Both the position numbers and the translations under genes were made by a program. DNA of 64,000 bases from an uncultured Clostridium sp. (GTDB lineage Bacteria > Bacillota > Clostridia > TANB77 > CAG-508), in assembly GCA_947064765.1 (NCBI GenBank), contig CAMSWH010000004.1:1782-65781 (forward strand), written 5' to 3'. Every line of letters begins with the position of its first letter. The first letter of the stretch is position 1. The notes below the pieces were generated by a model, which ran no database searches, had not been told where the DNA came from, and saw only the letters and a list, made by a program, of their open reading frames with translations. Shown here piece by piece: positions 38,578 to 47,434 of the stretch.

Positions 38578-39423
38578 TTACACTTTTAATTTATCTGAGA
38601 GATATCCAAATTGATCTAAAGTTAGTTGTTCAGGACGAATACGAGAATCTAATTCTAATTCGTTTAAAATATTTTCTAAGTTTTCTTTATTTGAAATTCC
38701 TGAGTTTGATAATGAATTTATTAAAGTCTTTCTTTTTTGCATAAATGCACATTTTATGACTTTAAAAAATAATTCTTCATTTTTTACTCGTATTTTTGGT
38801 TGTTTTAGAATATTTAGTTTTATAACAGCAGAATCAACTTTTGGACTTGGAATAAAACTATCTTTGGAAACTTCTAAAACTAATTCTGGATTAGTATAAT
38901 AATTTATACTATAAGTTATTGCTCCAGTATTTTTACTACCAGGAGTTTCTACAAGTCTTTCTGCAACTTCCTTTTGAACCATTACAGTAATACTTTCTAA
39001 ATCTAATTTATTTTCTAAAAGTTTCATTATTATTGGAGTAGTAATGTAATAAGGAAGGTTTGCTACAACTTTTACATTTTTAAATTGTGAGTTGTTCAAT
39101 ATTAACGATTTTAAATCAACTTTTAAAATATCATCATTTATTAATTCAAAATTATTATATAAAGAAAATCTATCATTTAAAATTTCAAGCATTTTTTTAT
39201 CTAGTTCTATACAAATTACTTTTCCCGCCTTTTCTAAAAGTAGGGAGGTAAGAGTACCTAAACCAGGTCCAATTTCTATTATTAAATCATTTTTATTTAC
39301 TTCTGAACACATTACAATATTTTCTACAACATTTTCACTGATTAAAAAATTTTGACCAAAATTTTTGTTAGCAGTTATATTATATTTGTTCATAATAAAA
39401 TGAGTTTCGTTAGCTAGATTCAT
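38578..39423 (-). CDS. rsmA: 16S rRNA (adenine1518/1519-N6) dimethyltransferase
   Basis: FGQNFL, EIGPGLGTLT, NLPYYITTPI. Confidence 0.9.
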   Translation of the reverse strand: MNLANETHFIMNKYNITANKNFGQNFLISENVVENIVMCSEVNKNDLIIEIGPGLGTLTSLLLEKAGKVICIELDKKMLEILNDRFSLYNNFELINDDILKVDLKSLILNNSQFKNVKVVANLPYYITTPIIMKLLENKLDLESITVMVQKEVAERLVETPGSKNTGAITYSINYYTNPELVLEVSKDSFIPSPKVDSAVIKLNILKQPKIRVKNEELFFKVIKCAFMQKRKTLINSLSNSGISNKENLENILNELELDSRIRPEQLTLDQFGYLSDKLKV

Positions 39424-39525
39424 AATATTTTCCTTTCATAAACAATTTACATAATGTATTTTACTACAAATTTATAAAAAGTTCAACCAAAATATGAATA
39501 GGCATTATATAGAAATTTTATAAAA

Positions 39526-39562
39526 TATAAAACTCGGGAGCAGATAATGCATTGCTTCCGAG
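39526..39562 (-). terminator. Rho-independent terminator of the paralogue pair
   Basis: On the minus strand: CTCGGAAGCA / TGCTCCCGAG stem followed by TTTTATATTTT. Confidence 0.75.
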
Positions 39563-39598
39563 AACTTTCGTTTTTTATCCGTATTAAATTTTGAAAAA

Positions 39599-40060
39599 TT
39601 ACTCTGCACAATCATCAATAAGCTGACTACCTGCACAGTTCTCAATAAACTGACTGACCTGATCGGTATTGATTACTGTCGGCCAAGGATCTTCGTTTAT
39701 CTGCATTGTCTCCAAGAGCTCTCGTAATTGCAGTACACGCTTTAATTGGTCACATTCCAAACGCTTTTCAAATAATGTCTGATTTTGAAAGTGCATTAAA
39801 TTCATGATAAGTTGCGACTTTGAAAGTGCCTCTTGGCGGAATGAGATGATATTTTCATCAATATTTTCAAATTCCTGCTTTAACATAGCATCATTCTCAT
39901 TTTTTTCCCAATTTCTGAGCATTAACTGCAACCGCATCAGAGGAAGATCCAAATCACTAAATTGTTTTTGGCAAATAAAATCCAATTGCTTTGAAAATTC
40001 CTCAATCATAGCAGTATACCGCTCGATTGTTTTTGTGTAACTCTTTCTTAAATCTTCCAT
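39599..40060 (-). CDS. small helical protein, paralogue B (153 aa)
   Basis: GC-richer ORF behind an AAGGAGA SD. It shares N-terminal and C-terminal (INTD..FI) blocks with 40117-40590. Confidence 0.6.
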   Translation of the reverse strand: MEDLRKSYTKTIERYTAMIEEFSKQLDFICQKQFSDLDLPLMRLQLMLRNWEKNENDAMLKQEFENIDENIISFRQEALSKSQLIMNLMHFQNQTLFEKRLECDQLKRVLQLRELLETMQINEDPWPTVINTDQVSQFIENCAGSQLIDDCAE

Positions 40061-40080
40061 AAAAAATCTCCTTCTTGCAA

Positions 40081-40104
40081 TGAAATCAAATTGTAGTAAC
40101 TATA
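40081..40104 (-). repeat. conserved 24-nt leader block, copy B
   Basis: TGAAATCAAATTGTAGTAACTATA is identical to 40610-40633. On the coding strand it reads TATAGTTACTACAATTTGATTTCA. Confidence 0.85.
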
Positions 40105-40116
40105 AAACATTGGATT

Positions 40117-40590
40117 TTATGAATTGATAAAATCATTTAATAAATCCGTGTTAATTATTTCTGGAAAATCATCTCCGCATTCCTGCATATGTCTTAATAA
40201 CTTTTTTAAATCTGAAATTCTGTTGTTCTTAAGACGATTTTGAGTAGCTTCATAATCCTCTTTAAAATTATCAAATGGCTTTGATAATTGCTGAAAGCAT
40301 TTACACCGAATAGATTCTTTGCCACGTGTTAGGATCTTAAAGAGTTCATCTTCAGAAGTCATTTCATTGTAGAAATTGGTTATGTCAGTATCCAAGCTTG
40401 ATGAAATGCTTATGAAGCAATGAGAATATTGACTGGCCTGTAATTTCCGAAGCATTGATTGTAGTTTTTGCAAAGCTGGTTCAATATTTCCTACTTTTGA
40501 TAGGATGTAGTTGATATGCTTTGTAAATTCTTCGCAGATCTGTTGGTAATTTTGGATTTTTTTCTCATATTGTTGCTGTATTAAATCCAT
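40117..40590 (-). CDS. small helical protein, paralogue A (157 aa)
   Basis: GC-richer ORF behind an AGGAGGA SD. Confidence 0.6.
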   Translation of the reverse strand: MDLIQQQYEKKIQNYQQICEEFTKHINYILSKVGNIEPALQKLQSMLRKLQASQYSHCFISISSSLDTDITNFYNEMTSEDELFKILTRGKESIRCKCFQQLSKPFDNFKEDYEATQNRLKNNRISDLKKLLRHMQECGDDFPEIINTDLLNDFINS

Positions 40591-40609
40591 TTTAATCCTC
40601 CTTTTTGCA

Positions 40610-40633
40610 TGAAATCAAATTGTAGTAACTATA
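40610..40633 (-). repeat. conserved 24-nt leader block, copy A
   Basis: Identical to 40081-40104. It is followed upstream by the palindrome CAGCTAA-TAG-TTAGCTG (40634-40650). Confidence 0.85.
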
Positions 40634-40841
40634 CAGCTAATAGTTAGCTGTTAACGGACATTGATAAAAAAACATATCAATTTATTATAACATATTTTTA
40701 TAAATTAGTCAAAATTATGTAAATGGTATAGAATTTGTAATTAAAAGAATATATTAATTAAAGTTAGTAAAATTATATTTATTTATATTCAAAAAGAAAA
40801 TATAATTAATTAAAATAATAAATAAACTGACCATACATATA

Positions 40842-40870
40842 TTGACTTTAAAATTTAAAAAATATATACT
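40842..40870 (+). promoter_or_regulatory. sigma-A type promoter candidate for the oxidoreductase operon
   Basis: TTGACT (40842-47), 17 nt, TATACT (40865-70). Confidence 0.45.
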
Positions 40871-41019
40871 GTAAATATTAAAATAGATTAAATTTATTTT
40901 AGTAGAAAATGGATATAACATATTTTATATAATATTTATTTAATAGGATTTTACTATTAAATAAAAGCTTTACTAAATTTTACCTTGTGTTATATAAGAA
41001 AATTTAATAGGAGGTTATA

Positions 41020-41598
41020 ATGAGTGATTTAATCGAAATCAGATGGCATGGTAGAGGTGGTCAAGGTGCAAAAACAGCATCACTACTTCTAGCAGATGCA
41101 GCGTTCAACACTGGAAAATATATTCAAGGATTTCCTGAATATGGTCCAGAAAGAATGGGTGCTCCTATCACAGCTTATAACAGAATTAGTGATACACCTA
41201 TTACAGTACATTCAAATATTTATGAACCAGATTTTGTAGTAGTTGTAGATGATACACTATTAGATTCTGTTGATGTAACAGCTGGATTAAAACCAGAAGG
41301 AGCAATAATTATTAATTCTACTAAAGATGGAGAAGAATTAAAAAAATCTTTAAAAGGATATACAGGAAGTGTATATAAGATTGATGCAAGAAAAGTTTCA
41401 ATGGAAACTTTAGGAAAATATTTTCCAAATACTCCTATGCTTGCAGCAGTAGTAAAGGTTAGTGGAATTATGTCTGAAGAGGCATTTTTAGAAGATATGA
41501 TAGGATCTTTCAAACATAAATTTGCTAAAAAACCAGAAGTTATTGATGGTAATATGAAAGCATTAGAAATGGCTTTAAAAGAAGTGACTAAAGTTTAG
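41020..41598 (+). CDS. porC: 2-oxoacid (pyruvate-type):ferredoxin oxidoreductase, gamma subunit
   Basis: IRWHGRGGQGAKTAS motif. First of a tight four-gene set. Confidence 0.9.
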   Translation: MSDLIEIRWHGRGGQGAKTASLLLADAAFNTGKYIQGFPEYGPERMGAPITAYNRISDTPITVHSNIYEPDFVVVVDDTLLDSVDVTAGLKPEGAIIINSTKDGEELKKSLKGYTGSVYKIDARKVSMETLGKYFPNTPMLAAVVKVSGIMSEEAFLEDMIGSFKHKFAKKPEVIDGNMKALEMALKEVTKV

Positions 41599-41613
41599 AA
41601 AGGAGCTAAAATA

Positions 41614-41904
41614 ATGACAGAAGATGTATTAAATAGTAAAACACCTTGGCAAGACCTTACTATAGGTGGAAATATTTATAATGCAGGTAATGCAAAGGAA
41701 TTTAAAACTGGAGATTGGCGTTCGGTTACTCCTATTTTTAAATCAGAACTTTGCAAACAATGTGGACTTTGTTTTCCTGTTTGTCCAGAAGATTCAATTC
41801 CAGTAAATAAAGAAGGAAAAAGAGAAGATTTTGATTATGATAGTTGTAAAGGATGTGGCGTTTGTGCTAAAGTATGTCCTTTTAAAGCTATCGAAATGAA
41901 ATAA
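41614..41904 (+). CDS. porD: oxidoreductase delta subunit (2 x [4Fe-4S] ferredoxin)
   Basis: CKQCGLCFPVCP and CKGCGVCAKVCP. Confidence 0.9.
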   Translation: MTEDVLNSKTPWQDLTIGGNIYNAGNAKEFKTGDWRSVTPIFKSELCKQCGLCFPVCPEDSIPVNKEGKREDFDYDSCKGCGVCAKVCPFKAIEMK

Positions 41905-41932
41905 ATTTGATAAAAATGGAAAGGAAAAAAAT

Positions 41933-43120
41933 ATGGGAATTAGAGAAAGATTAAGTGGTAATGAAGCAGCGGCTATCGCTATGAAACAAATAAATCCAGA
42001 TGTTGTTGCAGCATTTCCTATCACACCTTCAACAGAAATACCACAATACTTTTCAAGTTTTGTAAGCAATGGTCAAGTTGATACAGAATTTGTTGCTGTT
42101 GAAAGTGAACATAGTGCTATGAGTGCTTGTATTGGAGCAGAATCAGCTGGTGCTAGAGCTATGACTGCTACTTCTGCAAATGGATTATCTTTAATGTGGG
42201 AAATGGTTTATATAGCTTCAAGCTTAAGATTACCTATTGTTATGTCTCTAGTAAATAGAGCAGTTTCAGGACCTTTAAATATACACAATGATCATTCAGA
42301 TGCAATGGGAGTTAGAGATGCTGGATGGATAATGTTATTTTCAGAAAATAACCAAGAAGCTTATGATAACTTATTGATGGCACATAGAATTGCAGAACAT
42401 AAAGATGTACAATTGCCTTTAATGGTTTGTCAAGATGGATTTATCACATCACATTCTATTGAAAATATAGAATTATTAGAAGATGATAAAGCAAAAGAAT
42501 TTGTTGGAAAATATAAACCAGAGCATTATCTATTAAATGATAAGGAACCTATAGCAGTTGGTCCATTAGATGTTCAAACTTATCTTTTTGAACATAAAGT
42601 ACAACAAGCAGAAGCTATGAGAAATGCAAAAAAAGTAATTGCAGAAGTATCTAAAGAATTTGAAGAATTAACAGGACGTAAATATAAATTCTTTGAAGAA
42701 TATAAAATGGAAGATGCAGAACTTGTAGTAGTTTGCATGAATTCAACAGCAGGTACAACTAAAGCTGCTATTGATGATTTAAGAAGCAAAGGTGTAAAAG
42801 CAGGATTATTAAAAATAAGAATGTTTAGACCTTTCCCATCAGAAGAAATAGCTAAAGCTTTAAAAAATGCAAAAGCTATTGCAGTATTAGACAAAGCAGA
42901 TTCTTTAAATGGTGCAGGTGGAGCATTATATGAAGATGTTACTTCAGGTATGTTTGTAAGTAAAATAAATGTTCCAACTATAAACTATGTTTATGGAATA
43001 GGTGGTAGAGATACTACAGTTAAAGATATAGAAAAAGTATATAATGATTTAGAGGAAATAGCAAAAAGTGGAAACATTGATAATCCTTATAGATATTTAG
43101 GTGTAAGGGGGGAAATTTAA
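41933..43120 (+). CDS. porA: oxidoreductase alpha subunit
   Basis: LSGNEAAAIAMKQINPDVVAAFPITPSTEI, collinear with PorA/VorA. Confidence 0.9.
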   Translation: MGIRERLSGNEAAAIAMKQINPDVVAAFPITPSTEIPQYFSSFVSNGQVDTEFVAVESEHSAMSACIGAESAGARAMTATSANGLSLMWEMVYIASSLRLPIVMSLVNRAVSGPLNIHNDHSDAMGVRDAGWIMLFSENNQEAYDNLLMAHRIAEHKDVQLPLMVCQDGFITSHSIENIELLEDDKAKEFVGKYKPEHYLLNDKEPIAVGPLDVQTYLFEHKVQQAEAMRNAKKVIAEVSKEFEELTGRKYKFFEEYKMEDAELVVVCMNSTAGTTKAAIDDLRSKGVKAGLLKIRMFRPFPSEEIAKALKNAKAIAVLDKADSLNGAGGALYEDVTSGMFVSKINVPTINYVYGIGGRDTTVKDIEKVYNDLEEIAKSGNIDNPYRYLGVRGEI

Positions 43121-43123
43121 GTT

Positions 43124-44080
43124 ATGGCATATAATCCAAAAGAAGTAATGACAAATAGACCTTCAAGATTTACATCAGGTCATAGAATGTGTGCAGGATG
43201 TGGTGCACCAGCTGTAGCTAGAATGATTTTAAGAGCAGTAAAACCAGAAGATCATGTTGTAGTAGCAGGAGCTACAGGATGTATGGAAGTTTCTACTTTT
43301 ATTTATCCATATACAGCATGGACTGATTCATTTATTCATACAGCTTTTGAATGTGCAGGAGCCACTTTAAGCGGTGCAGAAGCTGCATATAAAGCAATGA
43401 AACGCCAAGGAAAACTATCAGAAGACAAAACAACAAAATTTATCGCATTTGGTGGAGATGGTGGAACTTATGATATAGGTCTTCAAAGTTTATCAGGAGC
43501 AATGGAAAGAGGACATGACATGGTTTATGTTTGCTATGATAATGGGGCATATATGAATACAGGTATACAACGTTCTTCAGCAACACCAAGATTTGCAGAT
43601 ACAACAACATCACCTGCAGGTACAGTTGTTCCAGGTAAAATGCAATCACGTAAAGATTTAGCAAAAATTATGGCTGGACATCATATTCCATATGTAGCAC
43701 AAACAATAGCTTTAAATAATTTTAAAGATTTATATGAAAAATCAGAAAAAGCAATTTATACAGAAGGACCATGTTTCTTAAATGTATTAGCTCCTTGTCC
43801 AAGAGGTTGGGGATATAATACAGAAGATTTAATGCAAATAAATAAATTAGCAGTTGAAACTTGTTATTGGCCTTTATATGAAGTAATTGATGGAGTTTAT
43901 AAAATTAATTATAAACCAGCTAAAAAACTTCCAATAGAAGAATTTTTAAAACCGCAAAAAAGATTTAAACATATGTTTAAACCAGGTAATGAGTGGATGA
44001 TAGAAGAATTCCAAAAAGAAGTTGATTCAAGATGGCAAGAACTTCTTGATTTAGAAGAAATTACAAATAAAGAAAATTAA
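43124..44080 (+). CDS. porB: oxidoreductase beta subunit (TPP-binding)
   Basis: CAGCG, GGDGGTYDIG and YDNGAYMNTG motifs. Confidence 0.9.
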   Translation: MAYNPKEVMTNRPSRFTSGHRMCAGCGAPAVARMILRAVKPEDHVVVAGATGCMEVSTFIYPYTAWTDSFIHTAFECAGATLSGAEAAYKAMKRQGKLSEDKTTKFIAFGGDGGTYDIGLQSLSGAMERGHDMVYVCYDNGAYMNTGIQRSSATPRFADTTTSPAGTVVPGKMQSRKDLAKIMAGHHIPYVAQTIALNNFKDLYEKSEKAIYTEGPCFLNVLAPCPRGWGYNTEDLMQINKLAVETCYWPLYEVIDGVYKINYKPAKKLPIEEFLKPQKRFKHMFKPGNEWMIEEFQKEVDSRWQELLDLEEITNKEN

Positions 44081-44098
44081 AATATGTAATAATATAAA

Positions 44099-44135
44099 AG
44101 AAATTTAGCTTGATAAAAAGCTAAATTTCTTTTTT
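44099..44135 (+). terminator. Rho-independent terminator
   Basis: AGAAATTTAGC / GCTAAATTTCT stem followed by TTTTT. Confidence 0.8.
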
Positions 44136-44388
44136 ATAGTTAAATATAATCCGCCTCTTAAAGCCACTAATATATGGAAAAACACCATTTTTCAGCACAT
44201 TTTAAACATATTTTAGATTTTAATGTTATACTTATATTGTTCTTTCAAAACAATTCCATGCATTTTCTTGCAATTATTTTCATGTAAAAAATTTAATTCA
44301 AAATTAGTTTAAGTTCTTTATACAAAAGAAAATTCAACAAATTTTTTTCTAAAAAAATACAAAGGAATCAAATATAAGTTTTAAAAAG

Positions 44389-44424
44389 CATGTAATTTAA
44401 AATTAGATAAGTTACATGTTTTTT
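44389..44424. terminator. orphan terminator-like hairpin in a 560-nt non-coding gap
   Basis: CATGTAATTTA / TAAGTTACATG stem flanked by AAAAAG on the left and TTTTTT on the right. Confidence 0.4.
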
Positions 44425-44558
44425 ATATTATATGAACTTGTTTATAAATTTTAATAGTGTACGCTTCTGTTAAATAAAAAACTTTTTTAAAAAATTACGA
44501 TTAAATCTCACTTTCGTATTTTTATTACAAAAATATTACAAAAATGTATCAATATTGA

Positions 44559-44587
44559 TTGACTTTTAATGAAAAAAAATATAAGAT
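44559..44587 (+). promoter_or_regulatory. sigma-A type promoter candidate for minD
   Basis: TTGACT (44559-64), 17 nt, TAAGAT (44582-87). Confidence 0.35.
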
Positions 44588-44641
44588 ATATATGTTCAAA
44601 AAATGATAATTAAGTTCGTAGTTTTAAAGGAGGAAATTTAA

Positions 44642-45436
44642 GTGGGAGAAGTTATCGTTATTACATCTGGAAAAGGAGGAGTTGGTAAAACAACAACAAC
44701 AGCTAACTTAGGTTCAGCACTAGCATTAGCAGGAAAAAAAGTAGCATTAGTTGATACAGATATTGGACTTAGAAATTTGGATGTTGTTTTAGGTTTAGAA
44801 AATAGAATAGTATACGATTTAGTAGATGTTATAGAAGAAAAATGCAAATTAAGACAAGCTCTAATAAAAGACAAAAGATTTAAAGAGCTTTTTTTACTTC
44901 CAGCAGCACAAACTAAAGATAAAACTGCTATTAATGAAGAACAAATGAAAGATTTAATACAAAAATTAAGAGCAGATTTCGATTATGTAATTATTGATTG
45001 CCCAGCAGGAATTGAGCAAGGTTTTAAAAATGCTATTGCTGGAGCAGATAGAGCTTTAGTAGTTACAACAGCTGAAATATCTTCAATAAGAGATGCTGAT
45101 AGGATAATAGGATTATTAGAAGCTTCTGAAATAAAAAATCCAGAATTGATTGTTAACAGATTAAGACCAAGTATGGTAAAAAAAGGCGAAATGATGGATG
45201 TAAACGATATTGTAGATTTATTAGCAATAGACTTAATTGGAGTTGTACCAGATGATGAAAATATTATAACTCAAACTAATAAAGGAGAACCAGTTATTTC
45301 TAATAAAAGAGCACCTTCAGGAAAAGCGTATTTAGAAATATCAAGAAGATTATTAGGAGAAAATATTGAAGTTACAGTACCAGGAAAAGAAACAGGATTT
45401 TTCGCAAAACTAAAAAGCTTATTTGGAAAAGCATAG
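44642..45436 (+). CDS. minD: septum site-determining ATPase MinD
   Basis: Deviant Walker A GKGGVGKTT, DCPAGIE. GTG start behind AAGGAGG. Confidence 0.9.
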   Translation: MGEVIVITSGKGGVGKTTTTANLGSALALAGKKVALVDTDIGLRNLDVVLGLENRIVYDLVDVIEEKCKLRQALIKDKRFKELFLLPAAQTKDKTAINEEQMKDLIQKLRADFDYVIIDCPAGIEQGFKNAIAGADRALVVTTAEISSIRDADRIIGLLEASEIKNPELIVNRLRPSMVKKGEMMDVNDIVDLLAIDLIGVVPDDENIITQTNKGEPVISNKRAPSGKAYLEISRRLLGENIEVTVPGKETGFFAKLKSLFGKA

Positions 45437-45465
45437 ATAAAAAAAGTTGGAGGTAAGGATAAATA

Positions 45466-46260
45466 ATGTTTGAAAATATAGGACATTTTTTCAAGAGAAT
45501 AGTAAAAACAGAACAACAAAAAGAATTAGGTTCAAAGGATGCTGCAAAAGAGAGATTACATTTAGTTTTAATGCAAGATAGAGCTAATGTATCAGCAGAT
45601 TTTTTAGAGCTTATGAAACAAGAAATAATAGATGTAATAAAAAAATATATTGTAGTTGATGAAGCAGCCATAGATGTAAGGCTTACAAATCAATCAAACG
45701 AAGATGGAACAAATGGAGCTCCTGCTTTATATGCTAACATACCAATTGTTAATATAAAAAATGATATGATGGCAGAAAAAATAAAAGACTTTGAAGGTGT
45801 TGATTTTAACAAGGAAATGGGAATTTTAGTACCAGATCAAACAGAAGAAAAAAATGAAGAACAAATAGAAACACCAGAAGTTATAGAGTTATCTGAAAGT
45901 TATGAAGAAACAAAAGTGAGTGAAAATTTAAATCAAGAAGAAATAGAAAATAGTGAATCAGAAACAGAAGTAAAAGAAGAAATAGAAATAAAAGAAGAAA
46001 TAGAAGAAAGTAACGATAACAATAAAGAAATAAATAGTGATAATGAATCAGAAGAAAGTGAAGAAGCAGTTGAATTATTTGAAGAAGTGGACGAAGATGA
46101 TGATGACGATGTAACTTTTGATGATTTATTAAAAGCAGCAGAAGAAGAAGAAGATAAAAATACAGAAATGGCTGAAGAGAATAATAACAATAATAATATT
46201 AATAAAGGTGGAAAAAAAAACCGTAAAAAATCAAAAGATAAACGAAATAGAAGAAATTAG
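45466..46260 (+). CDS. minE: MinE topological specificity factor with a ~165-aa acidic C-terminal extension
   Basis: Residues 1-99 are MinE-like (KDAAKERLHLVLMQDRA...YANIPIVNIK). Residues 100-264 are E/D-rich and end in KGGKKNRKKSKDKRNRRN. Confidence 0.75.
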   Translation: MFENIGHFFKRIVKTEQQKELGSKDAAKERLHLVLMQDRANVSADFLELMKQEIIDVIKKYIVVDEAAIDVRLTNQSNEDGTNGAPALYANIPIVNIKNDMMAEKIKDFEGVDFNKEMGILVPDQTEEKNEEQIETPEVIELSESYEETKVSENLNQEEIENSESETEVKEEIEIKEEIEESNDNNKEINSDNESEESEEAVELFEEVDEDDDDDVTFDDLLKAAEEEEDKNTEMAEENNNNNNINKGGKKNRKKSKDKRNRRN

Positions 46261-46273
46261 GAGTATATAATAA

Positions 46274-47383
46274 ATGGGAAAAAAATTACTTAAGAATACA
46301 GAATGGACGATTCTTATTGTAAGTGCTATTTTAACAATTATAGGATTAGTAGCCTTGTTTTCAGCAACACAAAGTACAGAATATGAGGAATTTAAAAAAC
46401 AAGTTCAATGGATTATAATAAGCATACCATTTTTAATACTAGCATCATTAATTGATTATAATGTAATTGTTAGATTTTCTACGTTAGCATATATAATAGT
46501 AATAGGACTACTAATTGGAGTTTTATTTACTACTCCTATAAGTGGTGCTAGAAGTTGGTTTAAAATAACAGAAAGTTTAAGATTTCAGCCATCTGAAATA
46601 GGTAAAATTATAACAATATTATTTTTAGCTTTTATAATGAATAAATTACAAATAAGAGGAAGACATGAAATAAATAAAATTTGGAAATTAGTAACATATT
46701 TAATTTTTGCAATTATTCCAGTTTTACTAATAATAAAAGAACCAGATTATGGTACAGCAATAGCTTATATAACAGCAATATTATTCATATTATTCTCAGC
46801 AGGAATAGACAAAAAATATATTATTGTTGCAGTAGCAATAATTGTAATAGCAGCACCAATTGTTTATGCTAATTTACCAGATCATGCCTTAAAAAGAATA
46901 AATGTATTCTTAAATCCAACAGAAGCAGATAAAAGAAATGAAGGTTATAACCTAGAACAATCAAAACTTGCTGTAGGTGCTGGAGAAGCTTTTGGAATGG
47001 GATTATTTAAAGGCAACCAAACTCAACTTGGATTTTTACATCCAAAAACAACAGACTTTATATTTTCAGTTATTGGTGAAGAGATGGGATTTGTAGCAAC
47101 AGGAACTATTACGATTTTATATATAGTATTAGTTACGAAATCGATTTATATAGCTAAAACTGCAAAAGATAATGTAGGGTCATATATTGCGATAGGAATA
47201 GCAGGAATTTTCTTTTTCCATATGACAGAAAATATAGGAATGACGATAGGATTGTTACCAATAACAGGTGTACCATTACCATTTGTAAGTTATGGAGGAA
47301 GTTCGCTAGTTACTAATTTTATTTGTATAGGGCTTTTATTAAATATTAGTAGTAGAAGACAAAAAGCAATTTTTGTGGAATAG
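46274..47383 (+). CDS. rodA: SEDS-family peptidoglycan polymerase RodA
   Basis: FQPSEIGKI, PDYGTA, LPITGVPLPFVSYGGSS. Confidence 0.85.
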   Translation: MGKKLLKNTEWTILIVSAILTIIGLVALFSATQSTEYEEFKKQVQWIIISIPFLILASLIDYNVIVRFSTLAYIIVIGLLIGVLFTTPISGARSWFKITESLRFQPSEIGKIITILFLAFIMNKLQIRGRHEINKIWKLVTYLIFAIIPVLLIIKEPDYGTAIAYITAILFILFSAGIDKKYIIVAVAIIVIAAPIVYANLPDHALKRINVFLNPTEADKRNEGYNLEQSKLAVGAGEAFGMGLFKGNQTQLGFLHPKTTDFIFSVIGEEMGFVATGTITILYIVLVTKSIYIAKTAKDNVGSYIAIGIAGIFFFHMTENIGMTIGLLPITGVPLPFVSYGGSSLVTNFICIGLLLNISSRRQKAIFVE

Positions 47384-47434
47384 ATTATTGATGGAATTAA
47401 ATATTTATATTTAATTCCATATTTTATATAAAGG

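Noticed and set aside
9591-40110. The 12-mer AACATTGGATTT occurs three times (about 9591, 15121 and 40099), always in intergenic DNA.
   Set aside because: The flanks do not align beyond the 12-mer, and the three copies sit in different local structures (different hairpin partners). This is too little to call a repeat family or binding site. It could be worth a genome-wide count.
44136-44641. A decayed minC pseudogene in the gap before minD.
   Set aside because: The gap length (about 560 nt) is close to minC size. However, all three forward frames are dense with stops, and I could not read any MinC-like C-terminal glycine-rich repeat remnant.
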